IMG/VR virus record: IMGVR_UViG_3300033075_000216
DNA length: 64,000 nt
Strand: one strand, 5' to 3'
From: an uncultured virus (IMG/VR IMGVR_UViG_3300033075_000216)
Taxonomy: Duplodnaviria; Heunggongvirae; Uroviricota; Caudoviricetes
The position numbers and the translations under genes are program-made. Position 1 is the stretch's first letter. Each line of letters begins with the position of its first letter. The notes under the pieces are model-generated. The model searched no databases, had not been told where the DNA came from, and saw only the letters and a list, made by a program, of their open reading frames with translations. Shown here one piece after another: positions 1-9,600 of this stretch.

Positions 1-1882
1 TAGTACCTGGAACAAGACAGAACGGGTTGATAAAACTTAAAGCTTTTCTAGCGGCTTCAGCGGCAGCTGCGGCTGCTCGCTTTGTTTGTTCAGCTTGTTT
101 CATTGGATTAATGATGTTTTGAGCAACATTAGCGGAAGTAGATAATAGAGACTTATATGTTTGAGGATTTACAAGTTGACCAGCTGTTCCAACAACAGCG
201 CCAGGAGTGTTTTTAATCATCTCGCCGTAGCCTTTTGCTTGTCCTAATAACAAGTCTTTAGGATCGCCTGAAATAAGAGCATTAGCTGGTCCTAGAAGAG
301 ATTGTGCATAGCCGCGAGTAAGACCTACACGATTTGGATCAGAAGCCCAAGCTTGTACACCAAGATCTTGAAGGTTTGACATACCAGAATAAGGCATAAC
401 AGAACGTATAATGTCTGTGTCTGATTTAGCAAGAAAGTTAATAAGGTCGCCAAGCTTATCATCCGACACTGTTTGAGCGCCCTTTACATTTACATCTCCA
501 GAATCATATCCTGAAGCATAGTAATCTTGTAGAGCTTTTAAAGCGTCAGCTCCACGATATTTAAAACCTGTGTCAGCGGTGCCGGCAAGCTCTTCGTTTG
601 TTAAGAAGGCTTGATCTTGTGCGCGTCCACCAAGTCTATTTAAAGCCATAGCTTTTTTCACTTCATCTTTAGTTGCTAGATTTTCTTTAGTGAATAGCTC
701 TGGGTTTAGAGATTCGATATATTGAGTGAGGTCTACAGGCTTAGATTGTTGGATGTTGCGAATGTTGTATCCATCTACAGACTCTCCAGCTTTTCTTCCA
801 AGATATTTCTGAGCAGCGTCGCCTGTTAGTATGCGAACATTATCACTAGCTGTGTTAGTTGTAGAGCCTCCGAAAGCTCCACCGCCTTCTGAAGTTGTCT
901 GTCCTGGAGCGACAAGTTCTACACGAGACACGCGTTCTTTATCTCCTTGTCCACGAGTTAAATCGTACATGAATCTAAAAGTTTCACGTTGATTTTGAGG
1001 AACACCAAGAAGGTTTAAGTCCGCGTCAGTAAGTTCATTGCGTTGTCCAAGATTTTGTCTAACGGTTTTTTCTCTTTCGCCTATTTCTTTTCTAAAGTCT
1101 TCTACACGTTTAGATATGCCAGAAGTGAAGTCTGTTTCAGATCCAGTGAGAGACTTTCTAAGAAGATCTGCTGCTTGTCCCACTTCACCTGTAGCTTTTT
1201 GTCCTTCAGCTAAGGCTTGTTGTGTAGCTGTGGAAAGGTCACGCCCGGCTTCTGCTGAAATGCGTCTAAGAGATTGTAAGCCTTGTGTAGGTCCGCCTTG
1301 TAGAATAAGGTTGTCAAGAGTTTGTTGACCTCTTGTATAAGTAGGTTTATTGAACATGGTGCGAAGAAGATTAAACCTGCCGCCTTCTGTAGCACCTAGT
1401 TTTGATAAATTTTGAACGTTCTGAGTTTGGGCTTGAAGTTGTCCAGCATTCTGTAGTTCTTTAGGACCTTGATAAACGCCCGATCTAATTGTATCAAAAC
1501 GTTGTAGTCCTTGCTGATCTTGTTGAACAAACTTTGTCGGGTCTTGTAGAGCGGACTGTACAAACTGCTCACTGCCTTGAAATGGTTGTAAGGATTGTTG
1601 AGTTTTTTGTTGAAATTCTTGACGTTCTTTATCGATCTTAGATGTAACGTCTTCGGCCTTCTGTTGAACCTTAGAACTTAGGTTTTGTCCAAACTGACCA
1701 GGCTGATTGGCTTTAAGATAGTTTTGTAGGTTTGTAAATCGACCAGAAGACGTGCCTTTCTGTTGGGCAGGCATAGCTCCCCCTGCACCGCCAACGGCAC
1801 CTTGTACTCCGCCCACTTGAAGCTGTTGTTGTGGAGCGCCAACTTTATCTTTGTCTTTATCAGGCTTAAACTCTACTGCCAT
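1..1882 (-). CDS. Putative internal virion/ejection protein, runs off the left edge; possible Hint-domain start at the edge
   Basis: ATG at 1882, 5 nt after the late motif. Starts MAVEFKPDKD...SSGRFTNLQNYLKANQ; the same frame reads ...FINPFCLVPGT at the edge. Absent from the ORF track, presumably because no stop is in the window; frame spot-checked, not fully translated. Confidence 0.7.
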   Translation of the reverse strand, partial: MAVEFKPDKDKDKVGAPQQQLQVGGVQGAVGGAGGAMPAQQKGTSSGRFTNLQNYLKANQPGQFGQNLSSKVQQKAEDVTSKIDKERQEFQQKTQQSLQPFQGSEQFVQSALQDPTKFVQQDQQGLQRFDTIRSGVYQGPKELQNAGQLQAQTQNVQNLSKLGATEGGRFNLLRTMFNKPTYTRGQQTLDNLILQGGPTQGLQSLRRISAEAGRDLSTATQQALAEGQKATGEVGQAADLLRKSLTGSETDFTSGISKRVEDFRKEIGEREKTVRQNLGQRNELTDADLNLLGVPQNQRETFRFMYDLTRGQGDKERVSRVELVAPGQTTSEGGGAFGGSTTNTASDNVRILTGDAAQKYLGRKAGESVDGYNIRNIQQSKPVDLTQYIESLNPELFTKENLATKDEVKKAMALNRLGGRAQDQAFLTNEELAGTADTGFKYRGADALKALQDYYASGYDSGDVNVKGAQTVSDDKLGDLINFLAKSDTDIIRSVMPYSGMSNLQDLGVQAWASDPNRVGLTRGYAQSLLGPANALISGDPKDLLLGQAKGYGEMIKNTPGAVVGTAGQLVNPQTYKSLLSTSANVAQNIINPMKQAEQTKRAAAAAAEAARKALSFINPFCLVPGT

Positions 1883-1887
1883 ATACT

Positions 1888-1900
1888 ATATAGTTGTTAA
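1888..1900 (-). promoter_or_regulatory. Putative late promoter motif TTAACAACTATAT (copy 1)
   Basis: Exact 13-mer, 5 nt upstream of ATG 1882. Confidence 0.7.
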
Positions 1901-1915
1901 CCTTAAATAATTATT

Positions 1916-2335
1916 TTATCCGCCAATTAACAGGAGCTTTAAACGATACTTAACATCGGCTGTTAAGCCCTTTATAACCGTTATATTGACGTTAGTTTGC
2001 GTACCTTGATTAAAGTATACAAACGGAGCTGTATTAGGAAGACTTGTAGGATTTGAAAGGTTATCTAATCTAACTACTTGAATTCCTTTACAGTTTGACC
2101 TTAAACGTGTTCTAATCTCTAATGGAAGCTTTGGGTTGCCGTTGGCATCGACAGTGACATCGATATCGATTAAATCCTGATTAAGATTGTCTGCTATAGT
2201 GATATTCTTATCCAGAGCACCGAATAACCCATCAAAAGCCGAGTTTACAAGAAATCCTAGCTTACTTATGAGGTTTTGCTCTTCCGCAGCAAAGTCTTCC
2301 TTAATTATACGTTTAAACGAAGGTAGCTTAGCCAT
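1916..2335 (-). CDS. Hypothetical virion protein (139 aa)
   Basis: ORF translationally coupled to the upstream tail gene. Confidence 0.6.
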   Translation of the reverse strand: MAKLPSFKRIIKEDFAAEEQNLISKLGFLVNSAFDGLFGALDKNITIADNLNQDLIDIDVTVDANGNPKLPLEIRTRLRSNCKGIQVVRLDNLSNPTSLPNTAPFVYFNQGTQTNVNITVIKGLTADVKYRLKLLLIGG

Positions 2336-5300
2336 TATCTATACGCCTTACCGCTATAAAGCTTAAACTGAACAGAATATCCCAAGACGAACATATTCTC
2401 TCTAGCAATGCTATGCGCTATCTTAGGTATTAACAGTCTACAACGCTGTTTATTGCGAGGTACGAGAGTTCTTAGGGGTGACCTATCAGCATTGCCGCCA
2501 AAATGAGCCTCGTTGAATCCTGCTGCGCCAAAAGCACCATTCCCATACTCAGAGAACTCTATGTCCTCTAAGGCAGGGCTTATATCCGACGAAAAGCTTA
2601 GAGTCGCTTTAGTGAAGTCTGTTCTATCAAAGATAAATTTAGCCTCTGACACCTGTTTAAATATCTCAGGATTACCGAAGGTTTGAACGTTCCATATAGC
2701 GGACATAGGAATATGATTAAATATAGTTACAGGACCGGCTATAAAATTAGAATCTTTCATTATAGTAACTTTATTTGTAGTTTTATCAACACTATCTATT
2801 ATAGCTTCATAATCAACTGTACCAGAAGATAAGGCATAGTTAGAAAAAGAAACATTAACGTTAGAATTAAGCTTGTTTACTATAACGTTATAAGCGGCTT
2901 GTATATCTGAGAAGGAGTTTGTATAGGCAGCTATTGCAGCCGAGTGTGTATTGTCAGCTACTCCAGTGTCAGCATCTAGCTTAGTGGCTAGTTGTGTAAG
3001 CGTGTCTCTTAAGTTGTCACCGTTAAAAACCTCTAAAGAAGATAGATAGTTTGTATCTGTCACTCCCGTATCCAAATCAAGCTTCTCTAGCAGTTGGTTT
3101 AACTTGTACATAGTGAGATATTGAGTTTGTAACATGACATCGCCAGCAGATATGTTCGCAATACTACCGACATCTATAACTCTACCTACAACAGCGCCAG
3201 TATTAAGAGTACGAGACTCTTCTCTATCGGCGTAGTCTGTACGAGCAAAGTTTTTACGTTCTTGCTCAATCTTGTTGACATCGCCTGCGCCCAAGTAGAG
3301 TTTATCATTTACAACTAAACCACAGGTCTTTGTCATATCCCATTTGGTCCATTGGTTTGTAAACACGTTATATCTATAACAAACCGTGGATTTAGTGTCT
3401 GTTGAATTCTTCACTGTGAATAGTAGATAGCTTCTATCAGACTCATAAGACACGCCGAATGTAGCACTCTTAAAACCATTAAATTGAAGAAGGGGTATAA
3501 GAAGGTTCTCAATTTGACGAGATACAACAGAAATACCTGTGTCGCTTATAGAAACAACGCCTTGGTTTGTGAGACAATATACTTGATTGTTTAACACAGC
3601 AGGACTGTCGTAATTGGTTATAAGTGTACTGTTGTCAAACGGAGTGAGACTAAATCCGCCAAGAGCACTTTCTCCACTTATACGAAAGACTCCATCTTCC
3701 TTTAGAACGAATAAACTATCACGAAGAGGGATAATTCTAAATATAGGACTATCTTTAGAGCCTACGTCAATTGTATTTATTATAGGTACAGCTTCAGGCT
3801 GTTGAAACTTACTAAAATACACTCGGTTAGGTAGCACCTCGTTGTCAGATGCTACGTCTGTTTTAAAGAAACTTCCAGTAGTGCCTGCTGCTTGAACGTT
3901 AACCGGAACAGTGACTGTGTTCAAACCAGTTACTGTAATGGTACGAACGCCGTCAACAACAGGAGCGCTGTCTGAATTGAATATTACAACCTCATCACCG
4001 CTGGATAGATCGTGAGCAGTTGAAGTAATTACTCCAGGATTAGCTATAGCAATGTTTGTTATAGTTTTTACTTGAGGTAATACAGGATTAAAACTAGATC
4101 CCACCGTACTAGCATCATTACATCCCAAGTAGAAAGAAGCGTTTGCAAGATTCTTAGACTCAAGAAGAATAAGTCCAGGAACATCATTAACGCCAGAAAG
4201 ATAGAAGGCATTAACATTAGAACTAGAGGTCTTGTTTATAACTCTCACCAAGCTCTTAGCAGTTTCTTCAACCTGTTGAGAAGGAGTGGGTAGATCTGAC
4301 AATAATACCTTACTAGAAGAAGCATCTTCACCGGCACCTTGTACTATAGAGAGGGAGAAGCCGCTTGTAGCTGCTGTGGCGTTGGCAGTGATACCTTTCT
4401 TTACGCATGTAGCAATCACTTGATTAGTAGCGCCTGTTACAGTAAAGTCGCTCAATTGGTTAAGTTTTGCTCTTGTAGCAGAAGCAACAGTGTTTGCACT
4501 ATCATTTGTAGCAATTTCAACTAATACAGGAGTTTTACCTGATACAGCAGGATCGACTCCGCTTCCAGACACCTTATACCATACATAATACTCAGTTTCA
4601 TCCTGCCCAGAGTTTATCGTAAAGTAGGTACCAGCAAGAGAACCTGCAACGTCAGCAACTGTCGTTATTGTAGTTGCTTCAGCAGTGGGTGAATAAAATG
4701 TATAAGTGTTTGTTGTGAATCCATCTGATATTGTAACACTTGAAGACCCAGAAACGAAACTAGCCACACCAAGCATAGAAAATTGAAGTCTATTTTTGGT
4801 TTTCGTGTTCGCATAAAAAACACTCCCTTTAAATAGCGTAAGATCATTACATACAGGAGGAAGTTCATTGGATTGAAGAATACCTTCTCCGCTTTGAGGA
4901 TTAGTGTAAAGATTAGCCCCTCTAAAAGATTCCGGAGTAATGTCGTGTATGGTAACACTCTTAGCGGATATCTCAGCAGAAGAAGGATTAGCTTCTAATA
5001 CGAGACCCATTTCCTCACCTGGATCGATATCGTCTAAGCTAACAGCACTTTCCGCTTTAAATACAGCTGTTCTATAAACTTGATAAAAGTAGGCTGTTGT
5101 AATACCATCCGGAACAGTGAAAGTTAAATCTACTGTAGCACTTTGAGTAGAACTGTTTGTATCAAAGTCAGCAGGATTCTTGGAAGTAGGATTTAGTTGT
5201 AATATTTCAACAATACCGTCGTAGTAGGTTTGTAAAGCTTCAAGTTCAGAAGTTGAGGCTGGACTAGACGGGATAGCGGGTTGAGAAAGAGCATTAAACT

Positions 5301-6369
5301 CGTTTTGTAGCACCTTAGCGTTAGCGTCGGCGGTTGCGCCTACGTCCGGAGCAGTGACACTAAAAGAAACACTAGAAGCTCCGGTAGATGTTACAGTGAA
5401 CGTGCCATTTAACATAGTGATACCGACACCCGTAAATCCAGTTATCTTAATAGATATTCCAGGAACAACCCAAGAAGGAATTGCTGAAGAGAAGTTTACT
5501 GTAGCAACGTTTGATGTAATGGAAGCTGTAGAAGTGGTGCGTGTGAATGTACTGTCTGCAATAAGGTTTATGTCATTCTCAAGCTTATCAGCAAGAAGAA
5601 TGAGGTTTTCTCTTATTATAGTAGGCTCAGTGGAGTCGTATGGTATTTTAAGAGTGGATACGTAGTTTGTATCAGAAAGCTCGTCAGAGCCTGAAGAAGC
5701 AGCTGAGTTGTCTAGCTGCGCTAGTAGATTATTAAAGTCTTTAGTAAGGAGGTTTGTAAGAGAGTTTTCAACAACAAGACGTGAGCTAGGAGAACCTAAT
5801 ACGACATTATTGTTCTTATCTTTAATACCCCAAACAACACGATAGGCTACCTTAGAGTTTTGACTAAAGAAACCTATTTGACTGTTAAGAGCGGCTAGGG
5901 TGTCTAAAGCTTTAACACCTCCTGCGCTTGTTATATATCCGCTTGCTGTAGAGAACTGAGAAGCATTGCTAGCAGATATTTTCTTAACACCGTCAGATGT
6001 GGCAAAATAGAAGTTACCGTTGGCTTTAACAGACGCCATACGCTGACCTATGTTATTCTCAACATAAGTTCCAGCAAACGAGCTAAAGTTTCCAGACCCA
6101 TCATCAAATTGCAGTGTGGATCCGCCATTGGCCCCAAAGTGCCGCAAGATGCGACCCTTATAGGTTAAAAGTTGTCTAGCCTGATCCTGCGATGCACTAA
6201 CTCCCATAGCATTACCATATAGGTTTAGCCCCCTTCGAGGTTCTAGTACGCTGTCCTTGTTTAAAACGACATTATTGCAGTCAGCTAGACTTCCGGGCTC
6301 AACTTGTGAAAGCTCTGAGTTGTTTGTTTGTAAGCCCTTAACATTTATAATAGGGTTAATATTTTGCAT
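2335..6369 (-). CDS. Large tail protein (tail hub/nozzle, stabilisation-protein-like) with inserted beta-rich domains
   Basis: 1344 aa, beta-rich; follows the adaptor gene as in podovirus gene order. Confidence 0.55.
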   Translation of the reverse strand: MQNINPIINVKGLQTNNSELSQVEPGSLADCNNVVLNKDSVLEPRRGLNLYGNAMGVSASQDQARQLLTYKGRILRHFGANGGSTLQFDDGSGNFSSFAGTYVENNIGQRMASVKANGNFYFATSDGVKKISASNASQFSTASGYITSAGGVKALDTLAALNSQIGFFSQNSKVAYRVVWGIKDKNNNVVLGSPSSRLVVENSLTNLLTKDFNNLLAQLDNSAASSGSDELSDTNYVSTLKIPYDSTEPTIIRENLILLADKLENDINLIADSTFTRTTSTASITSNVATVNFSSAIPSWVVPGISIKITGFTGVGITMLNGTFTVTSTGASSVSFSVTAPDVGATADANAKVLQNEFNALSQPAIPSSPASTSELEALQTYYDGIVEILQLNPTSKNPADFDTNSSTQSATVDLTFTVPDGITTAYFYQVYRTAVFKAESAVSLDDIDPGEEMGLVLEANPSSAEISAKSVTIHDITPESFRGANLYTNPQSGEGILQSNELPPVCNDLTLFKGSVFYANTKTKNRLQFSMLGVASFVSGSSSVTISDGFTTNTYTFYSPTAEATTITTVADVAGSLAGTYFTINSGQDETEYYVWYKVSGSGVDPAVSGKTPVLVEIATNDSANTVASATRAKLNQLSDFTVTGATNQVIATCVKKGITANATAATSGFSLSIVQGAGEDASSSKVLLSDLPTPSQQVEETAKSLVRVINKTSSSNVNAFYLSGVNDVPGLILLESKNLANASFYLGCNDASTVGSSFNPVLPQVKTITNIAIANPGVITSTAHDLSSGDEVVIFNSDSAPVVDGVRTITVTGLNTVTVPVNVQAAGTTGSFFKTDVASDNEVLPNRVYFSKFQQPEAVPIINTIDVGSKDSPIFRIIPLRDSLFVLKEDGVFRISGESALGGFSLTPFDNSTLITNYDSPAVLNNQVYCLTNQGVVSISDTGISVVSRQIENLLIPLLQFNGFKSATFGVSYESDRSYLLFTVKNSTDTKSTVCYRYNVFTNQWTKWDMTKTCGLVVNDKLYLGAGDVNKIEQERKNFARTDYADREESRTLNTGAVVGRVIDVGSIANISAGDVMLQTQYLTMYKLNQLLEKLDLDTGVTDTNYLSSLEVFNGDNLRDTLTQLATKLDADTGVADNTHSAAIAAYTNSFSDIQAAYNVIVNKLNSNVNVSFSNYALSSGTVDYEAIIDSVDKTTNKVTIMKDSNFIAGPVTIFNHIPMSAIWNVQTFGNPEIFKQVSEAKFIFDRTDFTKATLSFSSDISPALEDIEFSEYGNGAFGAAGFNEAHFGGNADRSPLRTLVPRNKQRCRLLIPKIAHSIARENMFVLGYSVQFKLYSGKAYR

Positions 6370-6372
6370 ATT

Positions 6373-7326
6373 TTAATAGAAGAATCGTCTTCTTGTTATT
6401 TTGCTTGCTCTAATAATACTGTTTAGGTTATTTATCTTCTTAGGATTACCTTCGGATCTGTCGTCGATCATACTGTTAGCTTTGTTTTCCATTTCAGAAA
6501 CTTTAGCAACAGAAGCCGCCAATCCTTCTTGATCACCTAAAGAAGCCATACAACGTGCAACAACGCGTTCCACTAGTATGGAGTTTAATTCGGATGGTAT
6601 TTGTAATACCTTAGTTTGTCCAGCAACAGCTAAATGATCATTTACTATTAGAGTTGATGGAATATCTGTAGGTGCTACTGTTATAGTTTTATTTACAGTG
6701 TCTACGCCAAGAACAGGAACGTCGAACTTAATAGTACGATGTCCTGAGCGAGCTTGTACAAAGTCTATACCGTTGGATATAGTGAAGTTTTCAGGGATAG
6801 CAGATAGAGTTATTACGCCAGTTGAGGTATTAATTGCCGTAATGACACCAACTTGAGATTCCTTGACAATACTATTAGGACGCAGATAATACACTAAGCT
6901 TAAATAGCCGTTTGGGGTAGAGCCGACACCCGGCCATAAAACTATGTCGTTTCCTTGTAGGAAAAAACACTTATATCTGTTCTGAGAGGCGCCTTGAAAA
7001 TAATGTCTATCTTCCACTTCAATCCTAGTACAAGTGTATAAGTTACCTTCTGTATCTTTATACTTTATGTCTCTTACTTTTTGTCCTATTGCGCGGTAGG
7101 GAATAGCGTAGTTACTTTGATTTGGCTGTAACAACAAGTCTGTTGAATAAGTGAAATATTCCTCTTTAACCTGCATAATCATAGGCACTATAGAGTCATA
7201 AAGCTCCTCATTAATAAAGCGTATTAAGTCCTCATCTTTTAAGGTGTTTTGAGCATTAGGTAAGAATGCTCTTCTCTTAATGGCTTCTAGTAGCTGATTT
7301 GTTGTTAAACCGTCACCGCTAATCAT
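6373..7326 (-). CDS. Putative head-tail adaptor (tail tubular A-like)
   Basis: 317 aa; N-terminal helices 'QLLEAIKRRA...DEDLIRFINEEL'; position before the nozzle-like gene. Confidence 0.55.
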   Translation of the reverse strand: MISGDGLTTNQLLEAIKRRAFLPNAQNTLKDEDLIRFINEELYDSIVPMIMQVKEEYFTYSTDLLLQPNQSNYAIPYRAIGQKVRDIKYKDTEGNLYTCTRIEVEDRHYFQGASQNRYKCFFLQGNDIVLWPGVGSTPNGYLSLVYYLRPNSIVKESQVGVITAINTSTGVITLSAIPENFTISNGIDFVQARSGHRTIKFDVPVLGVDTVNKTITVAPTDIPSTLIVNDHLAVAGQTKVLQIPSELNSILVERVVARCMASLGDQEGLAASVAKVSEMENKANSMIDDRSEGNPKKINNLNSIIRASKITRRRFFY

Positions 7327-7329
7327 TTA

Positions 7330-7713
7330 TTACATTCCCATTTTTTTACGTTTAAGTTCTTCCAACTTCTTAATTTCTTGCTCGATATCTTCTAAAGACT
7401 GCTCTTCTTCCATAGGCTGTTCTTCAGATTCTTCTTCGCTCTCGTCAGACATCTCGTGAGAATGTTCGTGCATTTCGCCACACTCTTCACATGGAGCATC
7501 TGACATCTCTTCTTTAGATTCCAAGATCTCTTCAGCTTTCTCTAAGCCTTTTTTAAGGCCAGCGTCATCTTTAGCAGCAACAGTAACCTTCTTCATACTA
7601 CGAAGAGGTTCTGCCATCATACCGCTCATTTCTTTAATCATATCACTAAGAACAGATTTCTTAGCTTTCTTTTCTGTCTCGCTCATATCTCTTTTCTTAT
7701 CTTTAAACATCAT
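7330..7713 (-). CDS. Hypothetical highly charged protein
   Basis: 127 aa K/E-rich ORF in the operon. Confidence 0.55.
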   Translation of the reverse strand: MMFKDKKRDMSETEKKAKKSVLSDMIKEMSGMMAEPLRSMKKVTVAAKDDAGLKKGLEKAEEILESKEEMSDAPCEECGEMHEHSHEMSDESEEESEEQPMEEEQSLEDIEQEIKKLEELKRKKMGM

Positions 7714-7726
7714 AATTTACCTCTTA

Positions 7727-9589
7727 TTATGCTCTAATTCTTCTAACGTCAGCACGCATTGTTCTTGCATTACCGCTGTTAGTTGTTGTATATTTCACTT
7801 CAACGTCAGCTCCGTTAATAGCTGCGCTGAAACTTACACCGACATCTGCTGTGTCGTGAAAATTGTCTGTTACAGATACGTCTGTACCGTTTGTTACAAC
7901 AGTAAGCGTACCAAATCTAACTCTGTTTGTAGTAGCTTCTTTTACTTTATAAACCACTTCTAATGCTTCAAAACTGGCGTGTGCGAAAGTTAAGGCAGTT
8001 ATTACAGTGTCAGTTTGATTATTAGATAGAGTAGTTGCATCAACATATTGTTGCTCGATAAAGTTAGAAGAAGCCGCTCCTTCAGATCTTCTAAGAAGGG
8101 TTGCTTTAACATCTGTATTACCTGAACCGTGAGCGCTCAATACAACAGAACCATTGTTTCCTGTTGTTTGAACGGATAAGTTTGGATTAGAAGCGTCGTT
8201 ATGGCTTAAGCTGTGAGCAAACACATCTTTCCACTCGATAGCATCGCTACCCAAATCGTCTGTATTATTTGTATCCGAGATTAAAGATGTATTGATAGCA
8301 ACAGAAGCTAAGTTACTTAGAGCTGTGCTAGCTTTTCCATCTAGTTGTGTTTGAATAGCGCTTGTAACACCACTCAAATACTGAAACTCTGTATTGTCTA
8401 CTGAACCGTCAGCTATCTTGGTAGCATCGATGGCAGCAGAAGCATTGATCTTAGCGTTAGTGATTCCGCCGTCTTTTAAACGAAGTCCAGAAGCGCTCGA
8501 TTCGATAGTAGTAGCATCTACTTTAGCGCCAAGTTGATTAGATCCATCAATTTGTAAGCTAGGGTTAGAAGCTTCAAGTTTAACTCTTAGTTGACCAGCG
8601 GCGTTTCCAGGATTAGAAGACTCTAAACCAGATACTGTGGCTAGATCTACGCTGATTTGGTTACCAGAGATGCTGATCATATCATGACCAGTGAAAGCAT
8701 TAGATCCAATTTGTGAGAAGTTTACTGGATCTGTGCCAAGAGTAACAAGTTCTTGATATTGATAAAATAGCTTGTCTGCATTAGTAGAACCTTCTGATAC
8801 GGAGATAGCAGCAGAAGAAAGCTCTAGAACAGTATTTGCATCTGAAGATCGTGTGGCAGCAGAGGCAGCACCATTAAATACATATATACCGTTTTCTTCA
8901 GGAAGAGTTTGATCTTTAACCAACACTCTGTCGCCGCTAGAAAGTGTAATACCGTCTACAGCAGAAGGCATAGAAGCTAGGTTTAAGTTAGCAATAGAAG
9001 CTACTCTTGCATATTGTTTCCAGCTACGGCCATCAAGAAGTCCATCTACGTAGTTTTTTGTAGCAGCATCTTGAGCACTAACAGGATCAGCTACGTTAGT
9101 AAGTTTAAAAGATCCCATTGATTGGTCTGCTGTAAAAGCAACAGAACCGTCTTTAAGGATTACATCGCTAGGAGCAAAGCTTGCTGTTGTGACAACACCA
9201 GAACCATCTGTAGCAGCTACTCTAGAAGCTGTCAAAGCAGCCATCTTAGAGAAAGCTATTGCGGCAGCAGAGTTTATGTCTGCGTCAACGATCACACCTG
9301 CTTTAATTGTTAAACCGTTTGTGTGGTCAGCTTGAATGTCGCCAACAGTGTCTGTGTCGATAGCAGCAGACAGATTTGAAGCATCGCCTACGATGATTTC
9401 GCCGTCATTAAGAGCTTGTCCTGTAAGAGACACGCTACCAGCAGCAATGCTCGCCCAAGCACCGTTTACGTACTGTCTAATTGTATTTGTAGTTGTATTA
9501 TAAAATAATTGACCATTCTCAGGAGAAGAGGGGTCTGATGCTAAACTTACTAGTTTAATTGATTGTCCAAATTTAAATATATTTGCCAT
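7727..9589 (-). CDS. Tail fibre/structural protein
   Basis: 620 aa; fibre-type motifs 'NVADPVSAQDAATKNYVD' and 'GDRVLVKDQT..ENGIY'; shared C-terminal module. Confidence 0.7.
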   Translation of the reverse strand: MANIFKFGQSIKLVSLASDPSSPENGQLFYNTTTNTIRQYVNGAWASIAAGSVSLTGQALNDGEIIVGDASNLSAAIDTDTVGDIQADHTNGLTIKAGVIVDADINSAAAIAFSKMAALTASRVAATDGSGVVTTASFAPSDVILKDGSVAFTADQSMGSFKLTNVADPVSAQDAATKNYVDGLLDGRSWKQYARVASIANLNLASMPSAVDGITLSSGDRVLVKDQTLPEENGIYVFNGAASAATRSSDANTVLELSSAAISVSEGSTNADKLFYQYQELVTLGTDPVNFSQIGSNAFTGHDMISISGNQISVDLATVSGLESSNPGNAAGQLRVKLEASNPSLQIDGSNQLGAKVDATTIESSASGLRLKDGGITNAKINASAAIDATKIADGSVDNTEFQYLSGVTSAIQTQLDGKASTALSNLASVAINTSLISDTNNTDDLGSDAIEWKDVFAHSLSHNDASNPNLSVQTTGNNGSVVLSAHGSGNTDVKATLLRRSEGAASSNFIEQQYVDATTLSNNQTDTVITALTFAHASFEALEVVYKVKEATTNRVRFGTLTVVTNGTDVSVTDNFHDTADVGVSFSAAINGADVEVKYTTTNSGNARTMRADVRRIRA

Positions 9590-9600
9590 TTATTATTCCT

